Notes: a model not told the origin generated them from the sequence alone. Numbered from the stretch's first letter, positions 25,507 to 38,299 are shown. The stretch is DNA of 64,000 bases from Octopus sinensis (GCF_006345805.1 NC_043009.1:49476001-49540000); one strand, 5' to 3'. Program-made: numbers and translations.

Positions 25507-25610
25507 TATGTAATTTCACATACATACACACACAAATATGCATATATGTATGTGTGTATGTATATATGTATCTTTACCTATGTACACTCACATACACACA
25601 TACACACACA
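24720..25610. repeat. Large compound (TA)n/(TACA)n/(TATG)n array
   Basis: Direct reading; the ATACATACATGTATATAT..ACATATATGT unit recurs near 25020, 25126 and 25192. Confidence 0.95.
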
Positions 25611-26239
25611 CTAAGTCAATCAATCACACATGCAAGTTATTCAATTGGAATATGTAGAGAAGATGTGAACGCAGTGTAGCTGTGCAGCTGACTATATACG
25701 TGACAGAGATAATAAGGAGGGGGGGGTGGAAATATAGGGCAGGTGTGTTGCTAACGGTTGATATTAGCAACGAGTAGTAAGTGGTAATAGAATAGAGGAT
25801 GAGGAGGAGGAGAAAAAATAAATAAATAAACCCAGGTGAGTAGAGTTATTAGGAAATACAAATATTACCTGTATTAACCCCAGCAGCAATAACTTAACAT
25901 GTTGTCATCATTGACGTTCTTATGACTGTCATCATTCATATTTATGCTAATGATGATGATGATGATGATGATTATCATCATCATCATCACCATGGTAGTT
26001 GTCATAATCATCATCACTGTCGTCCTCATTTCCACCATCACCACTATGATCCTCCTCCTCATCATCATCATCAATCACCATCATTATGATCACCACTGTG
26101 ATCATCCTTATCCTCCTCCTCCTCCTCTACCAGTGTCACCGTCGTCGTCATCATCATCATCATCATCATCATCAACAGCATGAATCACTCTTAGAAATAC
26201 AATTGAATTGAAGCAAAGATTACCTGTGCCACTACAATT

Positions 26240-26279
<40 letters not shown>

Positions 26280-27764
26280 CACATACATTTCAACATCCAT
26301 ATATGAAGTGACTGACACATTTTCCTGATGAAATATGTACACATGCACAATACATACATACATGCATATATACACACACACACACATTCTTAGATCCAGA
26401 TGAAGACATATATGTAAACACATGATCTCTTCCAAATACACATATTCCTGTCATACATGTATTTTCATACAATCACATACGAGTAATTTAAACTGCATGT
26501 GTACACTCTCTTATACGCATGCACAGACACATACGAACACAGACACATACGTGCACATTCATTATATACAAGCCACGTTACTCTCTCTCACTTCACTCCT
26601 ACTAAATGCACTTACCTTGCACACACACACACACACATTCATACATTGAACCATAGCTGCATATACACACACAAACACACAAATGTACTTCGGCTTTCAC
26701 TGAAATATTATGAGATATCAGACACCACTTACATACCATTATAGTCAAATACACACACGACATGCTACCTCAGTTTTATAACACATCCTCTCTTTCTCTT
26801 TACTCTCTCTCTCTCTTTCTCACTTTCTCTCTTTAGTATCCCTCTGTCACTTTTACTGTTTCTTTCTCTCTCTTACACACATACTGTGAATCTGTAGGAA
26901 AAGTATATATTTTTTCTAATGAGTCTTCAATTCTGCAGATTGAAAAGATTACTGACCTTTGATGTCACTAACTTGTTTGATTTTGGCCTTTTTTTTTGTT
27001 TTTAAATTTTTATTTTTGATTTATAATCATTTCTTTTTAATGCAACATTGAAATTTTTGATGAAGAATTTCTTCAAAAATCACCACCACCACCACCAACA
27101 ACAACAACAGCACATTCCCGGATATCACCATCACAACAACAACAACAATCGTACAAAACTACTGAATGTGCTGAGAATGTAACTAGTGTTTGAATAAAAT
27201 ATAATTGAAACTCAACAGTTAATTTCTGAAATCTTTTATTGGGAAGGAGTGGGGGGGGGGTCTAACCCAACATGCCACTAAGTTGCAACAATGGTTTTAC
27301 ACAGATGTCAAACACTAGGAATATAATATTTGCAAACCAATAAATCAAAGCCAAAATGGTATTATTTCAGCGAAAGCTAGGTGATTCTATACCCAGAGTT
27401 TGTGGAATTCTATCCAAGAATTCTAATGATACTTTTTTTTATAAAAAAATCATACAACACATCCTTGCTTTATGACCTTGGATAGTGGAGATGTACATGC
27501 ACACACATGCAGGCTTCATGACTTTCAATAGAAAGAAAAAACACATAGGCACACACTCTTGCATCATGACTTAAAGATAAAGACATATATGCTCACATAT
27601 GTATATGCACAAACATGTTAGATAAAAAACACAAAAACCCAATTCAATATGACCATACAAACCATAACCAGTGGTCAGTATGCATGTAAGCTCATGTAAT
27701 ATAAGAACTTCACATGAAGAAGGAACAGTATTGATGTATTACATATTGCTTTTGTGGTAGCTGA

Positions 27765-27965
27765 TTAGCCCTAAGCTAGCCCTGATTAAGCAATGATGGT
27801 TAAAAATGATCTAGTTGAGATCACTTTATCTGGCTTTCAGGAATAATGTATCTAAGACATTAGAATTCATAATCTCCTTTTGTTATTTTCTAAAAGAATA
27901 AGGTATATGATTTGAGGGTGATTTGGCAGTTATTTTTGGTGGGGTTGAGTGACTCGAAGTCACAA
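27765..27965 (-). mobile_element. Family E copy
   Basis: TTAGCCCTAAGCTAGCCCTGATTAAGC, AATGTATCTAAGAC and GATTTGAGGGTGATTTGGCAGTTATTT..GGTTGAGTGAC resemble the reverse complement of E. Confidence 0.65.
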
Positions 27966-28121
27966 TTTTCTTTTTCTTTTAAATAAAACTTCATAATGGA
28001 AACACCTCATCTTCCCTTATACATACACAATTCGACCATAACATAAATATAATTTGGTATGGTTGTGTAACCATTGTAGAGTAGCCATTTGTCACCCAGG
28101 AATAAGTATAGGTTGATATAT

Positions 28122-28528
28122 TCTTTCTTTTACTTGTTTCAGTCATCTGACTGCGGCCATGCTGGAGCACCACCTTTAATCGAGCAACTTGACCCCAGGA
28201 CTTATTCTTTTGTAAGCCCAGTACTTATTCTACCGGTCTCTTTTGCCGAACCACTAAGTGACGGGGACGTAAACACACCACCATCGGTTGTCAAGCAATG
28301 CTAGGGGACAAACACAGACACACAAACACACAAACGCATATATATATATATATATATATATATACGATGGGCTTCTTTTCAGTTTCCGTCTACCAAATCC
28401 ACTCACAAGGCTCTGGTCAGCCCAAGGCTATAGTAGAAGACACTTGCCCAAGGTGCCACGCAGTGGGATTGAACCCGAAACCATGCGGTTCGTAAGTAAG
28501 CTACTTACCACACAGCCACTCCTGCGCC
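28122..28528 (-). mobile_element. SINE family A, full length
   Basis: Reverse complement is collinear with 53084-53493 end to end: A-box-like TGGCTGTGTGG, B-box-like GGGTTCAATCCC, CORE-like CCTTGGGCAAGTGTCTT, internal (TA)n, and AAACAAGTAAAAG tail. Confidence 0.92.
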
Positions 28529-29527
28529 TATGCAAAAATTTATGCAAAAATTTATGAAAAAGGAAAGGGATTTCAACTTCCTTCTAATAATATTAGAACT
28601 ACTAAACAACACTCATACTTCTAGGAGGAAGTGGGGAAATCCCTATGTGTCAAAGATTCACAGTGTATCTTAATAAAAGATAAATTTTAGATTTAAATCA
28701 AATTGAGTAGATAGTGGAAAATATGTTGGGGCTAGAAAGCAGTGACCCAAATAGACTTAGGACAATATAGTAGTTTGATACAGCAAATGCATATGTTGAT
28801 ATTTTTAATGCTGAGCCACCTTCTTAGTTCAATTATATTCTATCTTTCATGCGTGTTGATATCATTGCACTTCCTGTAGATCAAACCTAGCTGATTTCGC
28901 AGGCAAATTTTCTATGGTGTCAACTTTTCTATGAAATGAACGATATTTGACAGTATTTAGATGAAAATTACAAGAGATATTCAAATTTATTCTATCTAGA
29001 ACTGGAACCTTCCACATACCTTAAAATCATAGAAGATTGTTGTTGCAGATGAAAATAGAAATAAACTCCCACTGAACCAAGTTTCTTTTCCCAGTTCAGT
29101 TATGGTCATCTCTTTCTCTCTCAATCTCCATCACTAATTCCCCAGGGAAAGCCAGGGCTTTCACACATGAGTGTTTTCCTCAAACCCTATAAATATGAGA
29201 CCTTCTGACTATGTGAGAAATCTTTATCACAGTCTAGCAAGCATTTTGCATAAAAATGATGTAGTTGGTATGATAAGTCAGAAAGCATCATTAGGTAGGC
29301 ACTGAAATGAAGCGTAAAAAAGGCTTAACTTAAATACCAAAACTAAACCATCACCTCCACCACCACCACCACCACTACCACCACCACCACTACCACCACT
29401 ACCATCAGAGAGAGAGAGAGAGAGAGAATAGAATGTGCATCACTATAAATAATGCAAGAGTTTTGGTGAATCATGAGCTTCAGAAATACAGGAACCAAAA
29501 TTCAAATGAACAAACAGAAAAAATGTA

Positions 29528-29600
<73 letters not shown>

Positions 29601-29606
29601 TGTAGT
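29528..29606. repeat. (GTA)n microsatellite
   Basis: Direct reading. Confidence 0.95.
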
Positions 29607-29646
29607 AATAAATAAAAGAAAAAGGAGAGAAAGTCTGTTAACCTTA

Positions 29647-29897
29647 GAACAATAGTAGCAGGAAACAGATTCACCATTTCTTCAGATAAAAACCAAAGTC
29701 TGCTATACTTGCATGAAAAATCTAGAAACTTTGTCTATCACAGAACAATAGTTCCAGGAAGCAAAATTCACCATTTTCTTCAATAATTAAAAAAAAAATA
29801 ATAACAACAATGTATATGTATGTGCACATACAAAAGTCTTCAATCCTTAGAAGGAAACTTAATATGTCTGCTGAGCTCGGAACAATAGATGCAGGAA
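29647..29897. other. Three copies of GAACAATAG-NNN-CAGGAA with identical spacing
   Basis: Copies at 29647-29664, 29743-29760 and 29880-29897. Copies 1 and 2 also share a downstream ATTCACCATTT(T)CTTCA. The sequence pattern is directly visible; any regulatory role is unproven. Confidence 0.8.
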
Positions 29898-30332
29898 GCC
29901 AGCCTGCCAATCACAGTCTGAAGTGAAGCAAGTCTGGCATTCTTGAGACAATACTCGACAGTCTGTCTGTAGAACTGACAAATGTTTTACAAGATGGATG
30001 TTTTTCTCAGGCAACTAATGTTCATTTTCATTTTGTCTTCTGTCTCAATAATTTCAAGAAATATAGTGAATTTATGTACGTATATAAAGATATGTCCACA
30101 CACACACACACACACACACATGAGTGAGGGAAGGAGAGAGAGAAGGAGAGAGAGAAGGAGAGAGAGAAGGAGAGAGAGAGAGCAATTACTATTTTTGGTG
30201 ATAGAAGGATTTACGGTTTGAGAGAAACTCAGAGTAATGACGAAGTGCATGTTCTACTATACACAAAGGAATAAAACTTCAGTACAAGTTTGTATATCTA
30301 AATATGTATTTGTGTGTTTATGTATGTATGTA

Positions 30333-30384
<52 letters not shown>

Positions 30385-31345
30385 GGTGTGCATATATAGA
30401 TATATATGCATATATGTGTGTGTATATCTCTGTGTGTGTGTATATATATATATATGTATATAAAAAGGTTCTTCTATGTGTATCTATGATAAAACAATAC
30501 TAGAGAGTGGATTGTCTAATACATGAATGTGTGACAGAAGACAGAAGTAGGGGAGAGAAAAAGAGAAAGAGGGTGAGAGACAGAGAGGTAGAAAGAAGGA
30601 AAAGAATGTGTAACATCAGAGAGATTCCTGTGTTTCCATATTTTCCAATTCCAGCAGTTTTCAATGATTCAAGCTACTTTTCCCTCATGATTCACATATA
30701 TCTATCATCAATCCATCAACAAAAACAACAACCTCACTACTATCTACAACAATAACAACAAATGCAACTACCACCTCTATACTATTGCTATACCTTATCT
30801 AGAACCCCAAATACCGACACCACCAGCAGCACCACCACCACTAATATCACATTAACCTACATAACTATGACCATCCTTTCTGCAACCACTGGCATCAATT
30901 CTGCCACAACTAACAACAACTAGAAGGCACCACTGCAACAACCACCACCACTACCATAACAGCGACACAATTTCTTGCTCAATTCAAGAGAGGTGAGCAA
31001 AAGTTTTCAATCTTATCAAAATTTTAAAATGTAAACGATGACACTTTTGTTGACAAAAGTGAAATATCTATCTTGGTTTTGAGCAGAAATCAATGAAAGA
31101 AAAACAATAAAAAAAAAAGGGAAAAAGTGCAATAAGTTTTTCTTAAATGAAATAAAAACATACAAACAAAAAAAAATGCCCCATGATTCTTGTCATTCAT
31201 TTCAGGAGAGAAAATGTCAATTCAAATAAATATTAGAAAAAAAAGGAAAAAAAATTTTTTTTTCAAAAATATTCTTGTTGCTATGCTCCACCACACCACC
31301 CCATACCGCACACATACATACAATCATGTGGGGCTAGGGTAAAAC

Positions 31346-31378
<33 letters not shown>

Positions 31379-31713
31379 GCACACACACGTACATACATGC
31401 ATGCATACACACACATATGCATGTGGGGGTGGGTGGTATACGTGACATTTAAATGTAACAGTTGTTTCTTTCACAACAATGATAGATAACAATAATGATG
31501 ATCATTGTACCATATTGCTGCTGATGCTGATGATGATGATGATGATAAAAAATAATAAATCAATGAAGATGATAAAAATAATAATAGTCTTAATAACATT
31601 ATAGGACAATGATAATGTTGAGAATAGTTATGGTAATAATAATAATAATAATAATAATACCATTTGTGATGATGATGATGGGGCTGACAATACAACTACC
31701 AGAAAACAAAAAC

Positions 31714-31747
<34 letters not shown>

Positions 31748-31969
31748 TGATGATGATGATGATGATGGTGATTGTGGTGATGGAATGGTGTTGGAAAAGC
31801 CAGTATATTTGTATGTTAGTGTATCTATTGTCAGAAGTGTGATTAGTAACAAAACAATAACAAAAAAAAATCTCCAGAAAGGATATTGTCTGTCAGTGTA
31901 CAAATTATACTTTGTACAATTGAAGGCTTTTATTATCAAATGTTTCTTTGTATTGTGTTTCTGTATGTG

Positions 31970-31970
31970 C

Positions 31971-32017
<47 letters not shown>

Positions 32018-32122
32018 TATATACATACTATATATATATACATACATACATATATACATACATACATACATACATACATATACATACATACATATACATA
32101 CATGCATACATACATATATATA

Positions 32123-32158
<36 letters not shown>

Positions 32159-32277
32159 TACATACATACATACATACATATATACATATATATATACATA
32201 CATACATACATATATATATACATATATATACATACATATATATATATACATATATATACATACATATATATATATAC

Positions 32278-32317
<40 letters not shown>

Positions 32318-32340
32318 ATATATATACATATATACACACA
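31970..32340. repeat. (TA)n/(TACA)n compound microsatellite
   Basis: Direct reading. Confidence 0.95.
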
Positions 32341-32454
32341 CATCGACAAATATACAGTAAGTGGATGCAAGGTTTTCTTTGAAGGATTTGTGGTTTTATA
32401 TCCAGTTTTTTTTGCCATGCTCGTGTAAAGTAGATTACTAAATTTATCATCATC

Positions 32455-32575
32455 ACCATCGTCATCATCTTTCAATGTCCGCTTTCCATCCTAGCATGGA
32501 TTGGACAATTTGGTTTCACAAATACACATATTAGAGAGTAAGTATTTTTGCAGCTGGATATCCATCCAATCACTA
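32455..32575 (-). mobile_element. Family C 3' fragment
   Basis: TCATCATCTTTCAATGTCCGCTTTCCATCCTAGCATGGATTGGAC and TTTTGCAGCTGGATATCCATCCAATCAC. Confidence 0.7.
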
Positions 32576-32654
32576 ACTGTAAAGTACAGTTGGTAACTGT
32601 TGGCAGTCAGCCAGAAAGGAGAGAGAAAGAGAGAGACAGACAGAGTCAAGGTTT

Positions 32655-32880
32655 GTTGATTAGTCTTAGGTCATCATGGATCAAGCTGACTTATCAAACA
32701 AGTTCCAACTACGACCATTTGGCTTTGTATATTTTCATTTCTTATATCCTGTATCTCTTATGAAATTATCTAAAGTGTCCCTTTTATTATTTTTTTAATT
32801 TAAATCAGCAGAATGTGATTTGAGGAAGATTTGGTTACTATTAGTAACAGGGTGAGTGACACATGTACAGGTTCCCTTGC
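32655..32880 (-). mobile_element. Family E copy
   Basis: TTGTTGATTAGTCTTAGGTCA..GATCAAGCTGAC, AAAGTGTCCCTTT and GTGATTTGAGGAAGATTTGGTTACTATT..CAGGGTGAGTGAC. Confidence 0.65.
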
Positions 32881-32954
32881 AATATTAACTGGGACAATAA
32901 GAGTTATATGCCTTGTCTAGGTACACTCCCTAACTGAATCATGGTAGTTCAGGG

Positions 32955-33031
<77 letters not shown>

Positions 33032-33668
33032 CACAGAAAGATGTGTTTCTTATATGTTTCTTGTCTGTGTATTGATGAATAACTAGTTAGATATCCCACT
33101 ATATATGGTTAGTCACAAGAAGATACTAGCAAAAGCACTTCTCCTGGTATCCAACATAGAACTATAACATATTATGAAATGGTATAGTTACTCAATAAAT
33201 CCCTGTATATATATATTAATGCTTACACTGCATTGCATGCATTCACGTTGCTTTAGTAGGATCTTGGCAATGACTCAAGTTTCATGTTTGTTGGGGAAAC
33301 CACTTCATTTAGGATAAACAAAGCTTAATTGCTTTATTCATTCATCAGGCTGCCAGGAAATACTACCACCACACTACACCACATCACACCACACACACAA
33401 TATCAAGAATGCAGCATCTGAAGATCAACCAATAACTGTATAACTTTCTTACATTGACATAATACTAAAATTTAAAGATTATACAGAAATGTTCATGCCT
33501 TTCTTTTAGAGTGTTGAAGTTTTAAGAAAACTAGTTGACATACATAACAATAACTTACTTGGGGTGGGGGTGCAGGGATTGGCGATGTTTATATCTGAGA
33601 GCAATAACAATTTCAGGGAAATTTAGAATAAGCAAGTAACAAAACTGACCAACACACTACAGGATCTT

Positions 33669-34048
33669 GTGGAAGCACTCCATCGGTTACGACGACGAGG
33701 GTTCTGGTCGATCCAGTCAACGGTACAGCCAGCTTGTAAAATTAACGTGTAAGTGGCTGAGAACTCCACAGACATGTGTATCCTTAATGTAGTTCTCGGG
33801 GATATTCAGCGTGACACAGAGAGTGACAAGGCCTTTCGAAAAACAGGTACAACAGAAACAGGAAGTAAGAGTGAGAGAAAGTTGTGGTGAAAGAGTACAG
33901 CAGGGATCACCACCATCCCTGCCGGAGCCTCGTGGAGCTTTAGGTGTTTTCGCTCAATAAACACTCACAACGCCCGGTCTGGGAATCAAAACCGCGATTC
34001 TACGACCGCGAGTCTGCTGCCCTAACCACTGGGCCATTGTGCCTCCAC
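33669..34048 (-). mobile_element. SINE family F, full length, tRNA-derived head, 12-bp TSD
   Basis: Minus strand begins GGAGGCACAATGGCCCAGTGGTTAGGGCAGCAGACTCGCGGTC, with A box TGGCCCAGTGG (34026-34036) and B-box-like GGTTTTGATTCCC (33981-33993). Perfect direct repeat CTACAGGATCTT at 33657-33668 and 34049-34060. Confidence 0.92.
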
Positions 34049-34984
34049 CTACAGGATCTTATCTCCTATGCTATGACACTCATTGAGGAAGAATTATGTT
34101 AAGATTGTCTATTTAATACAGAAGCCATCACATAAAAAGAGGGATGCTCATGCTTCTCTTTGGAATGTTCTAGGCAGAAATTGAGCTGACTGCAAGTAGG
34201 AAAACGAAGTGGCTTAGATATTCTGATTTCCAAGAGCTTACTTCTACTCCATATAACTCACTAGTTCTTCTGATAATATATTGATTAAAATCTAGCTCAG
34301 TTTTGAAGAAAAAATAATAATAATAATCAGGAAAGGAAAAAAAAAACCCTCAAGTAATGAGGTTAATATGCGATTAATACTTCTTAAGTGAAAGAACATC
34401 CAGAAGACGTACACACACACACACACAGACTCTAATCCTGGAAATCAACTGGCTAGTTAACAGACAAGAGAGCACACTATCACAGTAACAGTGCAATATT
34501 TATGTAGACAGATAGCTTTTGAAAGGAAAATATAATATCAATACATTAAAAACATCAGAGACACATGGAACAACAACAATAACAACAACAGCAAGCATAC
34601 AGACACCAGGATATCAAAATCAGCGGAAAGATATCGGTATATTTAAGAAAACAGAGACTAAACAATAATGTATTTTAAAATGTGATATCAAATAATGTTT
34701 TTTTTTTTAGTTGATATTTTTCTTTTCGTTATACTTTCTCAGCTGTTATGTCAGATGGGAGTGAAATAAAACACTACATATGCCTATTAAATCTTCGTTG
34801 AAATTTATATCCAGAGAAGAAGCTTGAAAACATGATATATTATACATAGTCTATCTTTTCAAACAAACAAACAATGGTTGGTACATTATTTCAAAACATT
34901 CCGAAAAATGCTCAGATATAAAATTAATCAATAATAATAATAATGATAATAATAATAATAATAATAAAATTTTAATAATATTAA

Positions 34985-35214
34985 TCATCATCGTTTAACG
35001 TCCGTTTTCCATGCTAGCATGGGCTAGACGGTTCAACTGGGGTCTGGGAAGCCAGAAGGCTGCACCAGGCCCAGTCTGATCGGGCAGTGTTTCTACAGCT
35101 GGATGCCCTTCCTAACACCAACCACTCCGAGAGTGTAGTGGATGCTTTTTATGTGCCACCTGCACAAGTGCCAGACAAGGCTGGCAAACGGCCACGATCG
35201 GATGGTGCTTTTTA
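34985..35214 (-). mobile_element. Family C element, 5' truncated
   Basis: TCATCATCGTTTAACGTCCGTTTTCCATGCTAGCATGGG...TTTCTACAGCTGGATGCCCTTCCTAACACCAACC...GCTTTTTATGTGCCACC; reverse complement of 63460-63700. Confidence 0.9.
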
Positions 35215-35230
35215 TAATAATAATAATAAC

Positions 35231-35286
<56 letters not shown>

Positions 35287-35520
35287 TAATAATAATAATG
35301 ATAATGGTTTCAAATTGTGCCACAAGGGCAGCAATTTTGGGGGAAGGAGATAAGTTTATTACATCAACCCCAGTGTTTCACTGGTACTTAATTTATCAAC
35401 CCTGAAAGGATGAAAGGCAAAGTCAACCTCGGTGGAGTTTGAGTTACAAATGTAGCGATGGGTGAATTACTGCTAAGCATCTCATCGAGTGTGCTAGCAA
35501 TTCTGCCAGATCACTACCTT
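35214..35520 (-). mobile_element. SINE family B, B2 tail, full length with ~90-bp (ATT)n tail
   Basis: (AAT)n at 35214-35304, then GGTTTCAAATTGTGCCACAAGGGCAGCAATTTTGG, CTGGTACTTAATTTATCAACCCTGAAAGGATGAAAGGCAAAGTCAACCTCGG, and head TTCTGCCAGATCACTACCTT. Confidence 0.88.
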
Positions 35521-35675
35521 GATAATAATAATAATAATAATAATAACAATAATAATAACATAATAATAATAATCTTTCTAATTTTGACACAAAGCCAGCA
35601 ATTTTGAATGAAGCCATTTAGTCAATATCAGTGATTCCAGTATATTTGACTAGTACTTCATTTTATCGACACAAA
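35521..35675 (-). mobile_element. Second, older B2 3' fragment with (AAT)n tail
   Basis: (AAT)n, then TTTCTAATTTTGACACAAAGCCAGCAATTTTG and CAGTATATTTGACTAGTACTTCATTTTATCGAC. Confidence 0.65.
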
Positions 35676-35942
35676 GAATATATATATTCTTATATATATT
35701 ATATAAGAATATATATATATCTATATATATCTATATATATAATCTATTTAGGAAGGTCTTCTGGCCTATTTGACTTGTCTGAAAAATCACAGAAACTGCA
35801 GAATAAGAAGCCACAGGACCAGCCAAAGGAAACTATTGTACTTCATGTTTGTACTGAGTATTCTTCTCTGGAGCATTACTCAACAACAGAGATACACTCA
35901 CATACACATGTTTATACATGCATATATGAATACAAATACACT

Positions 35943-35992
<50 letters not shown>

Positions 35993-36017
35993 CAGACAGA
36001 TAGACAGATAGATAGAC

Positions 36018-36076
<59 letters not shown>
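35943..36076. repeat. (GATA)n microsatellite with GACA variants
   Basis: Direct reading. Confidence 0.95.
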
Positions 36077-36730
36077 CATGGAATCCCTGTATGTATACAT
36101 TTTGTTTGTACTAATGTATGCCATGTGTGTCTATACATCACAGAATCCTGGAAACTCATTCAAAAGAAGATTATACTTGCGTGACAACAGGGTTATGTAG
36201 TTTTTATTATGTTTTTGAATGTTGTAGAACTTTCCCAAATGGATACTTACCTAAAAAAGAAAAGAAAAGAACAGATTTAGAAGCAAGTCTTCAAATTCAG
36301 TTAGCATTTTTTTTTTTTTTGGCTCTCCTTCCTTCTCAGTTTGTTAATTATTTCTGAGAATGGTAGAAGACTACAAATTTCTATGGTAACAATACAGTCA
36401 ATTGAGCAAACACTTGTACATGCTGTTGACGGAGTACATATTTAATCAACAATGGATGATGAATGAAAGGCAAAAAGTTGAACCCAGTAGGATTGGAACT
36501 AATAAATAAATAAATAAATAAATAAATTAATAAATAAATAAAAAAATAAAAAAATAAAGGTACAGAAATAAATGTTGGCGGTATTTAATTCATTTCTGTG
36601 CTCTACCTGTTTAGGCCAATCTATGGCTTTCTAGTTTGTTCAAAAATAACAAATGGAATATTTGTCACTGAAAATTTTGGAAGAGAGCATGTTGTTATAG
36701 GATGGGATACAAGATTATGCGATGGGTGAT

Positions 36731-36907
36731 CACTAGCATAGCTAGAGTGTGTGCTGCCTGGGGCAGCCCTTCATTTTACCATCCCCAGGCCCCCCACAAA
36801 AAAAAATATATATTACCTACAGCAGACTCAAGAGTGGTGCTGCCCCCATAAAAGTAAAAACCCAGGGTAGATTGCCCCCTCTGCTTCCCCCTCTAGCTAT
36901 GCAAGTG
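36731..36907. mobile_element. TIR-bounded MITE candidate (177 bp)
   Basis: Left CACTAGCATAGCTAGAG (36731-36747) and right CTCTAGCTATGCAAGTG (36891-36907) match at 16 of 17 positions as inverted repeats; GC-rich interior with TGCCCCC motifs. Confidence 0.7.
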
Positions 36908-36931
36908 ATGCTGATGCATTTTCAAATGATA

Positions 36932-37160
36932 TTAACCCTTTCATTACTGTATTTATTTTGAAATGCTCTGTGTTTCTTTCAATTACTTTAAATATTACAA
37001 AGAAATTAGTAAAATAATTTGGTTATCATTCAGCTAGTGTTAGGAACATAAATTGTGACTAAGGTTTGGTGGAAGATTTTAATTCAAAACTTATGAAAAC
37101 AAGACATTTGTATTACAGAACCAAAGCCGGTTTCAGCCGGGTTGGTAACAAAAGGTTTAA
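36932..37160 (+). mobile_element. piggyBac-type MITE, TTAA-flanked (229 bp with TSDs)
   Basis: TTAA-CCCTTTCATTAC...GTAACAAAAGGT-TTAA, with a highly similar second copy at 46666-46894. TTAA TSD and CCC..GGG termini are piggyBac hallmarks. Confidence 0.85.
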
Positions 37161-37317
37161 TAAGCAGACACATGAAACCATTCTAAATTAAAAAACAGTC
37201 CTCTATTTGCTCCAGAGGAACTAGTATGATTTCAAATAAACCTATTTCTTAACTGCTTTCTGCTGAAATGAAATCATACAGACCTCTCTAGTATATAATT
37301 CTATATCATTGCTGTAG

Positions 37318-37540
37318 TTGCTAGTTAACAACAGGTCAATCCTGAATCAAACAGACCAGCAAACAAATGGGATCCAGCCATGTTCATCACATCTTATTTC
37401 TAGATATAGGGTATCTAAGGCTATATTATCTTGTTGTGTGTCCTTTAGCGTTGTTTTTTTAATTTTTTATAACAGATGCTAGAATAGGAGTAGTGGAAAA
37501 TTTGGGTACTATTTCTAGCAACCACATAGAGCTCCCTCTC
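37318..37540 (-). mobile_element. Family E copy
   Basis: GTTGCTAGTTAACAACAGGTCAATCCTGAATCAAACAGACC, GTATCTAAGGCTATATTATC and CTATTTCTAGCAACCACATAGAGCTCCC. Confidence 0.65.
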
Positions 37541-38179
37541 ACCCTCATTTTAAATCAGTGATAGTAGCCCATTACTGTCACCATGCAATACTTTAAAGCC
37601 ATCTGGTCCTTTAAAGATAAGAATAAACAAAGAAACTTAACCCCGTCAAGTTAATTAAATAGCTAAATAAAATGACTTTCACTTCTTCCAAGGCTTAGTG
37701 ATGAAAACTATGGTAAATAATACATTTTCCTGATGGGGAGAGGCTGTTGGATGGGGTGTGACATAATTAAAAAAGAACTATCTGGGAAAAAAATTTGAAG
37801 GAAGAGAAAAATAGAAAGGAGGCTATAAAAATGAAATTAGGACCAAGTATAAACAAAGTTGGGAACTTTATAGTAGATTTATATGTGTGTATATATATTT
37901 ACAGTATGTGTTTAGAATATTTGTGTTTGTCACCTAACGTGAGGTTGGCTCCAATTGAGTAAACTTACCATCAAAAGCATTCTGTATAGTGGCCTTAATA
38001 TATGTGCGTATATATGTGTGTGTGTGTGTGTGTGAGACAGAGAGAGAGCAAGAGAGATCATGTTGAGAGTAAGAGTGAAACACGTATGATGGTCTTTCAG
38101 AGAGAGGGATACAACAGACTTCACATGCATGTGCATGCTTACATGCATATACATATGTATATATATATGTGATGTGCAT

Positions 38180-38220
38180 GAGAGAGAGAGATATATATAG
38201 ATAGATAGAGAGAGATAGAG

Positions 38221-38255
<35 letters not shown>

Positions 38256-38260
38256 GAGAT

Positions 38261-38299
<39 letters not shown>

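Noticed and set aside
31042-31061. Palindrome CACTTTTGT-TG-ACAAAAGTG
   Set aside because: Short, AT-rich and isolated; plausible by chance.
33981-34048. tRNA gene
   Set aside because: A/B boxes are present but continue into a SINE body bounded by a TSD, with no complete cloverleaf. The same applies to the A, B and D heads.
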